DNA of 64,000 nucleotides from contig NC_057718.1 in the NCBI RefSeq assembly GCF_004010195.1, positions 89,072,787 through 89,136,786 of the forward strand, in the 5' to 3' direction. The position numbers were made by a program, and so were the translations under genes. Of the stretch, positions 63,945-64,000 are shown in pieces. This stretch comes from Chiloscyllium plagiosum. Its lineage: Eukaryota. The notes beneath the pieces were generated by a model. The model ran no database searches. It saw nothing but the letters and a program-made list of their open reading frames with translations, and was not told the DNA's origin. How positions within the stretch are numbered: the stretch's first letter is position 1; each line of letters starts with the position of its first letter.

Positions 63945-64000
63945 AGTGGGAGTAGAGTGCAGCCTGAAAATGTGTTGCTGGAAAAGCGCAGCAGGTCAGA
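63945..64000 (-). mobile_element. Start of another family A-like PLE repeat, cut by the window end
   Basis: aatgtgttgctggaaaagcgcagcaggtcag matches family A arms. Confidence 0.65.

Overview
Eukaryotic, repeat-dense DNA. I infer a shark (cartilaginous fish) from HE1-like SINEs, HER1/CR1-like LINEs and Deu-domain SINEs. The only host coding sequence I can support is one 327-nt + strand exon (24444-24770) of an estrogen receptor, most likely esr1/ER-alpha. It is equivalent to human coding exon 4 (hinge and ligand-binding-domain helices 1-3). I did not find the neighbouring exons, so the rest of the window is probably intron (>24 kb upstream, >39 kb downstream). The intronic sequence holds decayed CR1, RTE and other LINE remnants, three SINE families, a Gypsy remnant, candidate solo LTRs and a SINE-derived 52-bp minisatellite. 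The most notable signal is about two dozen short Penelope-like-element (PLE) derived inserts from three families, carrying minimal type I hammerhead ribozyme motifs (CUGANGA, stem II, GAAA, palindromic stem III, UH). Many are head-to-head inverted repeats inside a single target-site duplication (TSD). One has a copy of the sequence just upstream of the exon in its loop, so the exon is flanked by ~120-bp direct repeats. Repeat boundaries are approximate, family names come from motif recognition rather than database searches, and almost all listed ORFs are repeat-derived or spurious.
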